From contig NZ_LN831024.1 in the NCBI RefSeq assembly GCF_001457615.1, positions 2,640,001-2,672,000 of the forward strand: a stretch of DNA of 32,000 nucleotides. Direction: 5' to 3'. This DNA is from Pseudomonas aeruginosa (GTDB lineage Bacteria; Pseudomonadota; Gammaproteobacteria; Pseudomonadales; Pseudomonadaceae). Positions within the stretch are counted from its first letter, which is position 1, and the number at the start of each line of letters is the position of its first letter. This document shows positions 22,113-29,974 of this stretch, piece after piece. Both the position numbers and the translations under genes were made by a program. The notes under the pieces were generated by a model. The model did not search any database and had not been told where the DNA came from. It saw nothing but the letters and a program-made list of their open reading frames with translations.

Positions 22113-23135
22113 TCAGTCGCCGCTTTCGGTGAACTTCTCCAGGTACAGCCGCAGATGCTCCAGGGAGCGCTCGCGCAGCCACTGGCGGACCGCCTCGACC
22201 ATCGGCGGAGGCCCGCACAGGTAGAGGTCGAAAGCTTCGTCGCGCAAGCGGGCGGCGTCGAAATGCTCGTGCAGGTAGCCGCGCCGGCCATCCCAGTCGG
22301 CGTCCGCCTCGCTGAGCACCGGGACGAAGCGGAAGCCGGGAAGCCGCTCGGCGTAGCCGGCGATCCGTTGCAATTCGCAGAGATCGGCGGCGCGGCGTAC
22401 CCCGTAGTAGAGATGCACCGGCCGCTCGCAACCGCGCTCGGCCAGTTCGTCGAGCATGCCGAGGAACGCCGACAGGCCGGTGCCGCCGGCCACCAGCAGC
22501 AACGGGCGCTCCACCTGGCGCAGGTAGAAGGTGCCCAGCGGCGCCTCGAAGCGGATCTCGTCGCCGACCCGGCACCCTTGGCGCAGGTAGTCGCTCATGG
22601 CGCCGCCCGGGAGCAGGCGGATGAGGAACTGCAGGTGGTTCTGCGGATTCGGCCGGTTGGCGAAGGAGTAGGCGCGCCGGCAGTCGCTGCCGGGTACTTG
22701 CAGGCGCGCGTACTGGCCGGGCAGGAAGTCCAGCTGGCGGCCCGCGGCGCCGGCGTCGAGGCGGAGCAGCGCGGTGTCCTCGGAGAGCAGGCGCAGTTCG
22801 CGCACCACGCCGCTGTGCGCCTGGGCCGCGGCGGCATGGCAGAGGGTCGAGGCGAAGTCGAAGTAGAAGGCCGCGTCGGAGCGCACCCGGGTCTGGCAGG
22901 CGAGCACCTTGCGCTGCTCCAGGTCGGCGGCGGAGAGGGTGTCCTCGTCGGCGTAGTCCAGGCTGTAGCTGCCCGCCTCGCAGCGGCCCATGCAGGTGCC
23001 GCAGACCCCTTCGCGGCAGTCCAGCGGCAGGTTGATGCCGTGGCGCAGGGCGGCGTCGAGGAGCAGGTCGTCGTGGCCGACGGGCAGGAACAGGGTCTTG
23101 CCGTCGGCGAAGCTGAGGGCGACTTTGTGATTCAT
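22113..23135 (-). CDS. antC: Anthranilate 1,2-dioxygenase reductase component AntC, 340 aa
   Basis: Paralog of XylZ: CREGVCGTCMGRC ferredoxin motif, RAYSFAN, LLVAGGTGLSAF. Its stop lies 5 nt from the xylL stop on the opposite strand. Confidence 0.94.
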   Translation of the reverse strand: MNHKVALSFADGKTLFLPVGHDDLLLDAALRHGINLPLDCREGVCGTCMGRCEAGSYSLDYADEDTLSAADLEQRKVLACQTRVRSDAAFYFDFASTLCHAAAAQAHSGVVRELRLLSEDTALLRLDAGAAGRQLDFLPGQYARLQVPGSDCRRAYSFANRPNPQNHLQFLIRLLPGGAMSDYLRQGCRVGDEIRFEAPLGTFYLRQVERPLLLVAGGTGLSAFLGMLDELAERGCERPVHLYYGVRRAADLCELQRIAGYAERLPGFRFVPVLSEADADWDGRRGYLHEHFDAARLRDEAFDLYLCGPPPMVEAVRQWLRERSLEHLRLYLEKFTESGD

Positions 23136-23153
23136 CGTGACGGGTCCCGCCGT

Positions 23154-23645
23154 TCAGAGGTGGTAGAAGTCGAGGACCGAGTCGATCCGGTCGTTGAGCA
23201 GGACGATGTGCTTGCGCGCGATCAGCCAGGCCTCGCCATGGGGTTTCAGGCGGTAGGTGGCATGGCCGAAGAAGCTGCCGGTCTGGTCCAGGCGCTGGAA
23301 CAGGGTCTGCCAGTTGACCCGCACTCGCAGCAGGCCTTCGCCTTCCTCGGCGATGCGCACGTTGCCGATCTGGTGCAGGGTGCGCGGCATCGGCACGGTG
23401 GACGCGGCCTTGCCGGTGCGGATACGGAACACCCGGTCTTCCAGGCCGGCACGGCTGGGGTAGTAGATCAGCGACATCTCGCGCTTCGGATCGCGGGTGT
23501 AGCGCTGCTCGGACTCCCACTGCGGCAGGTGGAACTCGCACTGTTCGTCGAACTGCGCGAGGTAGCCGTCCCAGTCCTGGGCATCGCAGAGTTCGGCGTG
23601 GCGGTAGAGGAACTGTTCGACGCGGTACTGCAGTCCGGCGTTCAT
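23154..23645 (-). CDS. antB: Anthranilate 1,2-dioxygenase small subunit AntB, 163 aa
   Basis: MNAGLQYRVEQFLYRHAELCDAQDWDGYLAQF..., a paralog of XylY. Start ATG 23645 overlaps the antA stop (ATGA). The 630-aa track ORF is this gene fused to an off-frame read through antA. Confidence 0.93.
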   Translation of the reverse strand: MNAGLQYRVEQFLYRHAELCDAQDWDGYLAQFDEQCEFHLPQWESEQRYTRDPKREMSLIYYPSRAGLEDRVFRIRTGKAASTVPMPRTLHQIGNVRIAEEGEGLLRVRVNWQTLFQRLDQTGSFFGHATYRLKPHGEAWLIARKHIVLLNDRIDSVLDFYHL

Positions 23646-25036
23646 GGGGTCACCTCCTTCGCGCGCAGGGCCAGGCGCTCCAGGCCGTCGAGGAGGAAGC
23701 GCCGCCAATGCGCGTGCTGGTTGACGTAGAGGCCTTCGTGGGTGATCTCGGTGCCGGTCAGCAGCGGCGCGATACCCAACGCCTGGCTGTTCGGCGTCGC
23801 GCCTTCGAGCCACTTGCCGTGGCCGCGGGAGATGTCGCTCCAGCGCTCCAGGCGGGCCTGGAAGCCACGCTGGGCTTCGCGGAACTCCACCAGGTCGTCG
23901 GGCGTGCCCATCCCGGAGACGTTGAAGAAGTCCTCGAACTGGCGGATCCGGTTCTCCCGGTCGGCGTCCGACTCGCCCTTGACGCCGATGCACTGGCTGA
24001 CGATCTCGGTACGGTTCCAGGCCAGCGGGCGGACGATGCGCAGCTGCGAGCTGATCTGGTCGATGACGAACAGGCTGGGGTAGAGATTGAGGTTGCGCAG
24101 GCGATGCATCATCCACTCGGCGCGGGCCTGGCCGTATTCCCCCACCAGCCGCGGCATCACGCTGGCGTAGCCGGGGCGTACGGCGGGGTTGGGCATCTCG
24201 CTGAAGAGCACGCTGTGGCCGTTGGCGAAGGAGAACCAGCCGTCGTCGGTGGCCGCGTCGCCGGCGCCGAGCTTGCTGTAGTCGAGGGTGGCGGCCACGC
24301 CGCCGCGCTCGGCCTCGACCTGCTGGCGGTGCTGCACGGTGGCTACGTAGTTGTAGTGCACTGTGCTGACGTGATAGCCGTCCAGGCCATTCTCGTTCTG
24401 CAGCTTCCAGTTGCCTTCGTAGGTGTAGGTGGAGGTGCCGGGCAACACTTCCAGCTCGCCGCTGGGAGACTGCGCCACCAGCATGTCGAGGAACACCCGG
24501 GCGTCGCCGAGGAAGTCCACCAGGTCGTCCTCGCCGGCGACGTCCAGGCTGACGAAGACGAAGCCCCTGTAGCTCTGGATGCGCGCTTTCTTCAGGCCAC
24601 GGGTGGCCTTGTCGAAGCCTTCCGGGTATTCGCCCGGCGCCTTGACCTTCACCAGCCGGCCGTCGTTCTTGTAGCACCAGGCATGGAACGGACAGGTGAA
24701 GGTCGACTGGTTGCCCTTGCCGACCCGTACCAGGGTCGCGCCGCGATGCTGGCAGGCGTTGACCAGCGCGTGCAACTGGCCGTTGCCGTCGCGGGTGACG
24801 ATCAGCGGCTGGCGTCCGGCGCGCAGGGTGACGAAGTCGTGGGGCCTGGCCAGTTCGCTTTCGTGGCAGGCGTAGATCCAGTTCTTTTCGAAGATCAGCT
24901 CCATCTCCAGGTCGAACAGCTCCGGTTCGGTGAACATGTCCCGGGCGATGCGGAAGATGCCTTCCTCGGGACGGAAGTCGAGGCAGCCGCCGACATAGTC
25001 GCGCCACTGTTCGAGGCTTCTGCGGGTAGCGTTCAT
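23642..25036 (-). CDS. antA: Anthranilate 1,2-dioxygenase large (Rieske) subunit AntA, 464 aa
   Basis: Rieske motif CQHRGATLVRVGKGNQSTFTCPFHAW and a catalytic domain (ENGLDGYHVSTVHYNY). Paralog of XylX. Confidence 0.95.
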   Translation of the reverse strand: MNATRRSLEQWRDYVGGCLDFRPEEGIFRIARDMFTEPELFDLEMELIFEKNWIYACHESELARPHDFVTLRAGRQPLIVTRDGNGQLHALVNACQHRGATLVRVGKGNQSTFTCPFHAWCYKNDGRLVKVKAPGEYPEGFDKATRGLKKARIQSYRGFVFVSLDVAGEDDLVDFLGDARVFLDMLVAQSPSGELEVLPGTSTYTYEGNWKLQNENGLDGYHVSTVHYNYVATVQHRQQVEAERGGVAATLDYSKLGAGDAATDDGWFSFANGHSVLFSEMPNPAVRPGYASVMPRLVGEYGQARAEWMMHRLRNLNLYPSLFVIDQISSQLRIVRPLAWNRTEIVSQCIGVKGESDADRENRIRQFEDFFNVSGMGTPDDLVEFREAQRGFQARLERWSDISRGHGKWLEGATPNSQALGIAPLLTGTEITHEGLYVNQHAHWRRFLLDGLERLALRAKEVTP

Positions 25037-25063
25037 GCGTTCTCACCCTTGTGCGTTGTCGTT

Positions 25064-25076
25064 ATGGGTGACCCAT
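25064..25076. promoter_or_regulatory. 13-bp palindrome ATGGGT-G-ACCCAT in the antA leader/promoter-proximal region
   Basis: 6-bp arms around a single central base, 28-40 nt upstream of the antA ATG at 25036 (minus strand). Confidence 0.35.
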
Positions 25077-25233
25077 TCAACGGCCGCGAGCGGGGGCGGG
25101 CTATCCGCTTAGTCGACGATGCGCATCCCGAAAATCCGCAGCCGCCGAGGAGCGGCCGGGGGGCTCGCGGAGGGCTCGGCCGAGGTTCGAGCGGCGCTTG
25201 CGGCGGACGCTTTGTCCGGAAAGTCGGCGAACG

Positions 25234-25245
25234 CTATCCGGATAG
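25234..25245. promoter_or_regulatory. Perfect 12-bp palindrome CTATCCGGATAG in the antA-antR divergent spacer (candidate operator)
   Basis: The sequence is self-complementary. The octamer GCTATCCG recurs at 25100-25107. Each half contains a GGATA element, like the GGNTA half of XylS-family sites. Confidence 0.35.
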
Positions 25246-25352
25246 TGGAGGATGCGGGGAGCCGGCCTTGCGCCGGCATATGCCTTGCATTTTGCTGAAA
25301 ACAGAGCGCCAGCAGAGCGCACCCCCAGCCTTGCCGTGTCGAGTGCCGAACC

Positions 25353-26354
25353 ATGATGAGGACCCATCCCGTCGCCGATCGTGGCGATCTCCATGCCGAC
25401 CACCTGGACCTGGCCGCCGCCCGTTCCTGGATGTCGAAGGTCTGCGGGCCGCACCGGCTCGAAGCGGCGAGCCCGGGACTGGTGCAGTTCCAGCACCACG
25501 GCAACGTGCTGAAGTCGATGTGCACCACCCTCGGCTACATCGGCTACGGTACCGACGTCACCATCACCGTCGAGGATGCCGCGGCGTTCAACGCCTACAG
25601 CCTGAGCCTGCCACTCAGCGGCGAGCAGGAGCTGTGCCGGGGCGGGCTGCGCCTGCTCTCCGACGTCCGCCGCGGGGTGATCATCGCGCCCAACGAGCGC
25701 CAGGAGCTGAGCATCGCCGGGGACTGCCGCAAGCTGCAGGTGGTGATCGGCCGCACGGCGATGCGCAAGGTCCTGGAGGAGATGTTGCAGCGGCCGATCG
25801 ATACGCCCTTGCGCTTCGATCCGGAGATGGATGCCCTGGACGGCGCCTCCGCGTCCTGGTGGCGCACCGTGCGGCACATCAGCGAGGAGATGGCGCGCAG
25901 CGAACTCTACGCCCAGGCGTTTTTCAGCAGCGACCTGGAACGCGCGCTGATCAAGGGACTGATCCTGGCCCAGCCGAACAACTACAGCGAGGCCCTGCAG
26001 CAGGGCCTTGGCGGGCGCCCGCCGCACTACCTGCTGCGCGCCCGCGAGTTTCTCCAGGCCAACGCCCGCGAGACCCTGAGCCTGGAGGACGTGGAACGCG
26101 CCGCCGGGGTCTCGCGGTTCAAGCTGTTCGAGGGCTTCCGTCGCTACTTCGGGGTGTCGCCGATGAGCTACCTGAAGCACTACCGGCTCGCCGCGGTGCG
26201 CGAGGAGATCCTCGCCAGCGGCGGCGCCCGCAGCATCTCGACGATCGCCCTGGGCTGGGGCTTCAGCCACCTCGGACGCTTCTCCGTGGACTACCGCAAG
26301 CGCTTCGAGGAAACCCCGAGCATGACCCAGCGCCGCGCTGCGCGGCGCTCCTGA
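25353..26354 (+). CDS. antR: AraC/XylS-family anthranilate-responsive activator AntR, 333 aa (start uncertain)
   Basis: C-terminal double HTH (IALGWGFSHLGRFSVDYRKRFEETPSMTQRR). Divergent from antABC. Confidence 0.9.
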   Translation: MMRTHPVADRGDLHADHLDLAAARSWMSKVCGPHRLEAASPGLVQFQHHGNVLKSMCTTLGYIGYGTDVTITVEDAAAFNAYSLSLPLSGEQELCRGGLRLLSDVRRGVIIAPNERQELSIAGDCRKLQVVIGRTAMRKVLEEMLQRPIDTPLRFDPEMDALDGASASWWRTVRHISEEMARSELYAQAFFSSDLERALIKGLILAQPNNYSEALQQGLGGRPPHYLLRAREFLQANARETLSLEDVERAAGVSRFKLFEGFRRYFGVSPMSYLKHYRLAAVREEILASGGARSISTIALGWGFSHLGRFSVDYRKRFEETPSMTQRRAARRS

Positions 26355-26362
26355 GAGGGCGT

Positions 26363-27235
26363 TCAGGCGTCCTCGCGGCCGATCAGCGCCAGGCAGCGCC
26401 GCAGGTGCGGGGAGCCGTCGCCCTGGCGCCGGCTGACGATGATCGGCGAGGTCAGGGAGGCGTCGGCCAGGGCCTGGTAGGCGACGTCGTCGCGGTGCTG
26501 CAACTGCACCGAGGCCGGCACCAGGGTCGCGCCGAGTCCGGCGGCGACCAGGCCGATGGCGGTCTGCATCTCGTTGGCCCATTGCGTCACGCGCAGGCTC
26601 AGGCCGTGGGTGGCGAACAGCGCCAGCACGTGGTCGGCGTAGCTCGGCCGCGGCTGGCCGGGGTAGAGCACGAACGGCTCGCGCGACAGGCGCTCCAGGC
26701 TCAGCGGCTGGCCGAGCAACGGGTGCCCGGCGGGCAGGGCGGCGACCAGCGGCTCTTCGCTGAGCACGCTCTGGCGGATCGCCGGGTCGTCGATGCGGAT
26801 GCGTCCGAAACCGATGTCGATACGCCCGCTCTTCAGCGCCTCGACCTGTTGCAGGGTGGTCATCTCCAGCAGGCCCAGCTCCAGCTCCGGGTCGCCGCGC
26901 AGGTGGCGGATCAGCTCCGGCAGCACGCCATACAGCGCCGAGGGCACGAAGCCGATGCCGAACCACTGGCGCTGGCCCTGGCCGATCCGCCGGGTGCTGT
27001 CGCAGATGCTTTCCAGTTGGTCCAGGAGCGTCGCGCTCTGTTCGTGGAAGAAGCGCCCGGCTTCGGTCAGGCGCAGCGGCCGGCCGCGCTCCAGCAGGGC
27101 CACCCCGAGCATTTCCTCGAGTTGCTGGATCTGCCGGCTCAGCGGTGGCTGGGCGATGTGCAACTGCTCGGCGGCGCGGGTGAAGTTGAGGGTCCGGGCC
27201 AGCGCCTGGAAGTAGCGCAGGTGACGAAGCTCCAT
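26363..27235 (-). CDS. catR: LysR-type activator CatR of catBCA, 290 aa
   Basis: MELRHLRYFQALARTLNFTRAAEQLHIAQPPLSRQIQQLE is an LTTR wHTH. Divergent from catB. Confidence 0.95.
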   Translation of the reverse strand: MELRHLRYFQALARTLNFTRAAEQLHIAQPPLSRQIQQLEEMLGVALLERGRPLRLTEAGRFFHEQSATLLDQLESICDSTRRIGQGQRQWFGIGFVPSALYGVLPELIRHLRGDPELELGLLEMTTLQQVEALKSGRIDIGFGRIRIDDPAIRQSVLSEEPLVAALPAGHPLLGQPLSLERLSREPFVLYPGQPRPSYADHVLALFATHGLSLRVTQWANEMQTAIGLVAAGLGATLVPASVQLQHRDDVAYQALADASLTSPIIVSRRQGDGSPHLRRCLALIGREDA

Positions 27236-27236
27236 G

Positions 27237-27251
27237 ATACCTCCAGGGTAT
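27237..27251. promoter_or_regulatory. CatR recognition site (LTTR box ATAC-N7-GTAT, i.e. ATACC-N5-GGTAT)
   Basis: ATACC 27237-27241, spacer TCCAG, GGTAT 27247-27251. It starts 2 nt from the catR start codon and lies about 146-160 nt upstream of the catB ATG. Confidence 0.7.
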
Positions 27252-27396
27252 GGTTCGAGAGGAAGATGATATTGGACCCCAGTGAAGAAGGCGATGGATG
27301 CTTGGCCGAAACGACGGCGAAACCTGCTCGGTATCGAGCGAGCCTTGAGCGGCGAACCGTCGAAAACCCAACCGCAACCCTGGTGGACCCCCGAGA

Positions 27397-28518
27397 ATGA
27401 GCCAAGCCGTGATCCAAAGCCTCGAGTCGATCATCGTCGACCTGCCGACCATCCGCCCGCACAAGCTGGCCATGCACACCATGAACCGGCAGACCCTGGT
27501 GATCCTCCGCCTGCGTTGCAGCGACGGCATCGAGGGCCTCGGCGAAGCCACCACCATCGGTGGCCTGGCCTACGGCAGCGAGAGCCCGGAGAGCATCAAG
27601 AGCAATCTCGACGCGCATTTCGCCCCGTTGCTGCTGGGCCAGCCGGCGGACAACGTGAATGCCGCGATGCAGCGCCTGGACCGGCACATCAGGGGCAACA
27701 CCTTCGCCCGCTCGGCGGTCGAGACCGCCTTGCTCGACGCCCATGGCAAGCGCCTCGGCCTGGCCGTCAGCGAACTGCTCGGCGGCCGCCTGCACGACAG
27801 CCTGGAGGTGGCCTGGACCCTGGCCAGCGGCGACACCGGCCGCGACATCGAGGAAGCCGAGCGGATGCTCGACCTGCGCCGCCACCGGCATTTCAAGCTG
27901 AAGATCGGCGCCGGTGAGGTGGATGCCGACGTGGCCCACGCGATCGCCATCAAGCGCGCCCTCGGCGAGCGCGCCAGCGTGCGGGTGGACGTCAACCAGG
28001 CCTGGGACGAAGGCGTTGCCCAGCGTGCCTGCGCGACGCTCGGCGACAACGGCATCGCCCTGATCGAACAGCCCATCGCCCGCCACAACCGCGTCGGCCT
28101 GGCGCGCCTGAGCAGCCGCGGCGGCGCGCCGATCATGGCCGACGAGGCCATCGAGAGCGTCGAGGATGCCTTCCATCTGGCTCGCGAGGGCGCCGCCCCG
28201 GTGTTCGCCCTGAAGATCGCCAAGAACGGCGGACCGCGCGCGGTGCTGCGTAGCGCGGCGATCGCCGAGGCGGCCGGGATCGGCCTGTACGGCGGGACCA
28301 TGCTCGAGGGCGGCATCGGCACCCTGGCCGCCGCCCACGCCTTCGTCACCCTCGACCGCCTGGCCTGGCACAGCGAACTGTTCGGCCCGTTGCTGCTGAC
28401 CGAGGACATCCTCCTCGAGTCGCCGCGCTACCAGGACTTCCACTTGCACGTGCCGCGTGCGCCGGGTCTCGGCCTGGCGCTCGACGAGGAGCGCCTGGCG
28501 CGCTTCCGCCGGCGCTGA
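27397..28518 (+). CDS. catB: Muconate cycloisomerase CatB, 373 aa
   Basis: Enolase-superfamily muconate-lactonizing enzyme (FKLKIGAG, VRVDVNQAWDE, LIEQP). First gene of catBCA. Confidence 0.95.
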   Translation: MSQAVIQSLESIIVDLPTIRPHKLAMHTMNRQTLVILRLRCSDGIEGLGEATTIGGLAYGSESPESIKSNLDAHFAPLLLGQPADNVNAAMQRLDRHIRGNTFARSAVETALLDAHGKRLGLAVSELLGGRLHDSLEVAWTLASGDTGRDIEEAERMLDLRRHRHFKLKIGAGEVDADVAHAIAIKRALGERASVRVDVNQAWDEGVAQRACATLGDNGIALIEQPIARHNRVGLARLSSRGGAPIMADEAIESVEDAFHLAREGAAPVFALKIAKNGGPRAVLRSAAIAEAAGIGLYGGTMLEGGIGTLAAAHAFVTLDRLAWHSELFGPLLLTEDILLESPRYQDFHLHVPRAPGLGLALDEERLARFRRR

Positions 28519-28549
28519 AGCCGTCCCGCAGACAGAGGAGAAACGACCG

Positions 28550-28840
28550 ATGCTGTTCCACGTGAAGATGACCGTGACGTTGCCCGTCGACATGGACCCG
28601 CAACAGGCCGAGCGGCTCAAGGCCGAGGAGAAGGAAATGGCCCAGCGCCTCCAGCGCGAGGGCAGCTGGCGGCACCTCTGGCGGATCGCCGGGCACTACG
28701 CCAACTACAGCCTGTTCGACCTGCCCAGCGTCGAGGCGCTGCACGACACCCTGACCCGGCTGCCGCTGTTTCCCTACATGGACATCGAGATCGACGGGCT
28801 TTGCCGGCATCCCTCGTCGATCCATGCCGACGACCGCTGA
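28550..28840 (+). CDS. catC: Muconolactone delta-isomerase CatC, 96 aa
   Basis: MLFHVKMTVTLPVDMDPQQAERLKAEEKEMAQRLQREG... is the canonical CatC sequence and length. GAGGAG Shine-Dalgarno upstream of ATG 28550. Confidence 0.95.
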   Translation: MLFHVKMTVTLPVDMDPQQAERLKAEEKEMAQRLQREGSWRHLWRIAGHYANYSLFDLPSVEALHDTLTRLPLFPYMDIEIDGLCRHPSSIHADDR

Positions 28841-28861
28841 GATTCCCTTCCCACGCCCGAC

Positions 28862-28869
28862 AACAACAA
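28862..28869 (+). promoter_or_regulatory. A-rich Hfq/Crc-type motif just upstream of the catA Shine-Dalgarno
   Basis: AACAACAA at 28862-28869, AGAGG at 28872-28876, ATG at 28885. Confidence 0.45.
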
Positions 28870-28884
28870 GCAGAGGCAAACGCC

Positions 28885-29817
28885 ATGACCGTGAAGATTT
28901 CCCAGACTGCCGATGTCCAGCGCTTCTTCGAAGAGGCCAGCGGCCAGCTCAACGAACGCGGCGATCCGCGCACCAAGGCCCTGGTGCGGCGCATCCTCGA
29001 CGACACGGCGAAGTTGATCGAAGAGATGCAGGTCACGCCCGACGAATTCTGGAAAGCGGTGGACTACCTGAACCGCCTGGGCAGCCGCCAGGAGGCCGGC
29101 CTGCTGGCCGCCGGGCTGGGCCTGGAGCATTACCTGGACCTGCTGCTCGACGCCCAGGACGCCGAGGCCGGCCTCACCGGCGGCACGCCGCGCACCATCG
29201 AAGGGCCGCTGTACGTCGCCGGCGCGCCGCTGAGCGACGGCGAGGCACGGATGGACGACGGCCGCGACCCCGGCACCGTGATGTTCCTCCAGGGCCGCGT
29301 CAGCGGTCCCGACGGCCAGCCGCTGGCCGGAGCCATCGTCGACGTCTGGCACGCCAATACCCAAGGCACCTATTCCTACTTCGACAGCAGTCAGTCCGAA
29401 TACAACCTGCGCCGGCGCATCCGCACCGACGCCGACGGCCGCTACCGTGCGCGCAGCATCGTGCCCTCCGGCTACGGTTGCCCGAGCGACGGCCCGACCC
29501 AGGAGCTGCTCGACCGCCTCGGCCGCCACGGCCAGCGGCCGGCGCACATCCACTTCTTCGTCTCGGCGCCCGGCCATCGCCACCTGACCACCCAGATCAA
29601 CCTGGCGGGCGACCGCTACCTGTGGGACGACTTCGCCTATGCCACCCGCGATGGGCTGATCGGCGACCTGCGCTTTAACGACGACCCCGCCGCGGCCCGC
29701 GACCGCGGCGTGGAGGGCGGACGCTTCGCCGAACTGGATTTCGACTTCCAGCTCCAGTCCAGCCCGGCGCCCGCCGCCGAGCGCCGCAGCCAGCGGCCGC
29801 GGGCATTGCAGGAGTAA
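28885..29817 (+). CDS. catA: Catechol 1,2-dioxygenase CatA (intradiol), 310 aa
   Basis: MTVKISQTADVQRFFEEASG..., intradiol dioxygenase motifs (GPLYVAGAP, AHIHFFVSAPGH). Confidence 0.95.
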   Translation: MTVKISQTADVQRFFEEASGQLNERGDPRTKALVRRILDDTAKLIEEMQVTPDEFWKAVDYLNRLGSRQEAGLLAAGLGLEHYLDLLLDAQDAEAGLTGGTPRTIEGPLYVAGAPLSDGEARMDDGRDPGTVMFLQGRVSGPDGQPLAGAIVDVWHANTQGTYSYFDSSQSEYNLRRRIRTDADGRYRARSIVPSGYGCPSDGPTQELLDRLGRHGQRPAHIHFFVSAPGHRHLTTQINLAGDRYLWDDFAYATRDGLIGDLRFNDDPAAARDRGVEGGRFAELDFDFQLQSSPAPAAERRSQRPRALQE

Positions 29818-29835
29818 GGTGGGAAACGGGGAGGG

Positions 29836-29869
29836 CGGCTGGTCGCTGGCGACCATGCCGCCTTCTTCC
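29836..29869 (+). terminator. Candidate terminator hairpin after catA
   Basis: CGGCTGGTCG (29836-29845), loop CTGG, CGACCA-t-GCCG (29850-29860). This is 10 bp with one bulge, followed by the pyrimidine tract CCTTCTTCC. The U-tract is weak. Confidence 0.45.
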
Positions 29870-29888
29870 GCCAGGCGCGACGGCGGAT

Positions 29889-29914
29889 AAAAAAAGGCGC
29901 CATGACTGGCGCCT
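29889..29914 (-). terminator. Rho-independent terminator of the minus-strand small secreted protein gene
   Basis: AGGCGCCA (29895-29902), loop TGAC, TGGCGCCT (29907-29914). On the minus strand the hairpin is followed by the T-run that complements A29889-29895. Confidence 0.75.
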
Positions 29915-29974
29915 CAGGACTTGTCCAAAGGAGCAACCCAAAAAGGACAAGTGTATTGCTCGGTGAAAGGCTGC

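Noticed and set aside
23154-25046. 630-aa minus-strand ORF that seems to fuse antA and antB.
   Set aside because: Only the last 163 codons (from ATG 23645) are AntB. The upstream part is an off-frame read through antA, which itself ends at 23642 with an ATGA overlap. This is not a gene fusion.
21103-27557. Giant ORFs 21103..23541- (812 aa), 21501..23729+ (742 aa), 23708..27400+ (1230 aa) and 25101..27557- (818 aa), spanning several genes and intergenic regions.
   Set aside because: They run across well-defined genes on both strands and across promoters and spacers, and their composition is low-complexity. They cannot coexist with antABC, antR and catR, which carry diagnostic motifs.
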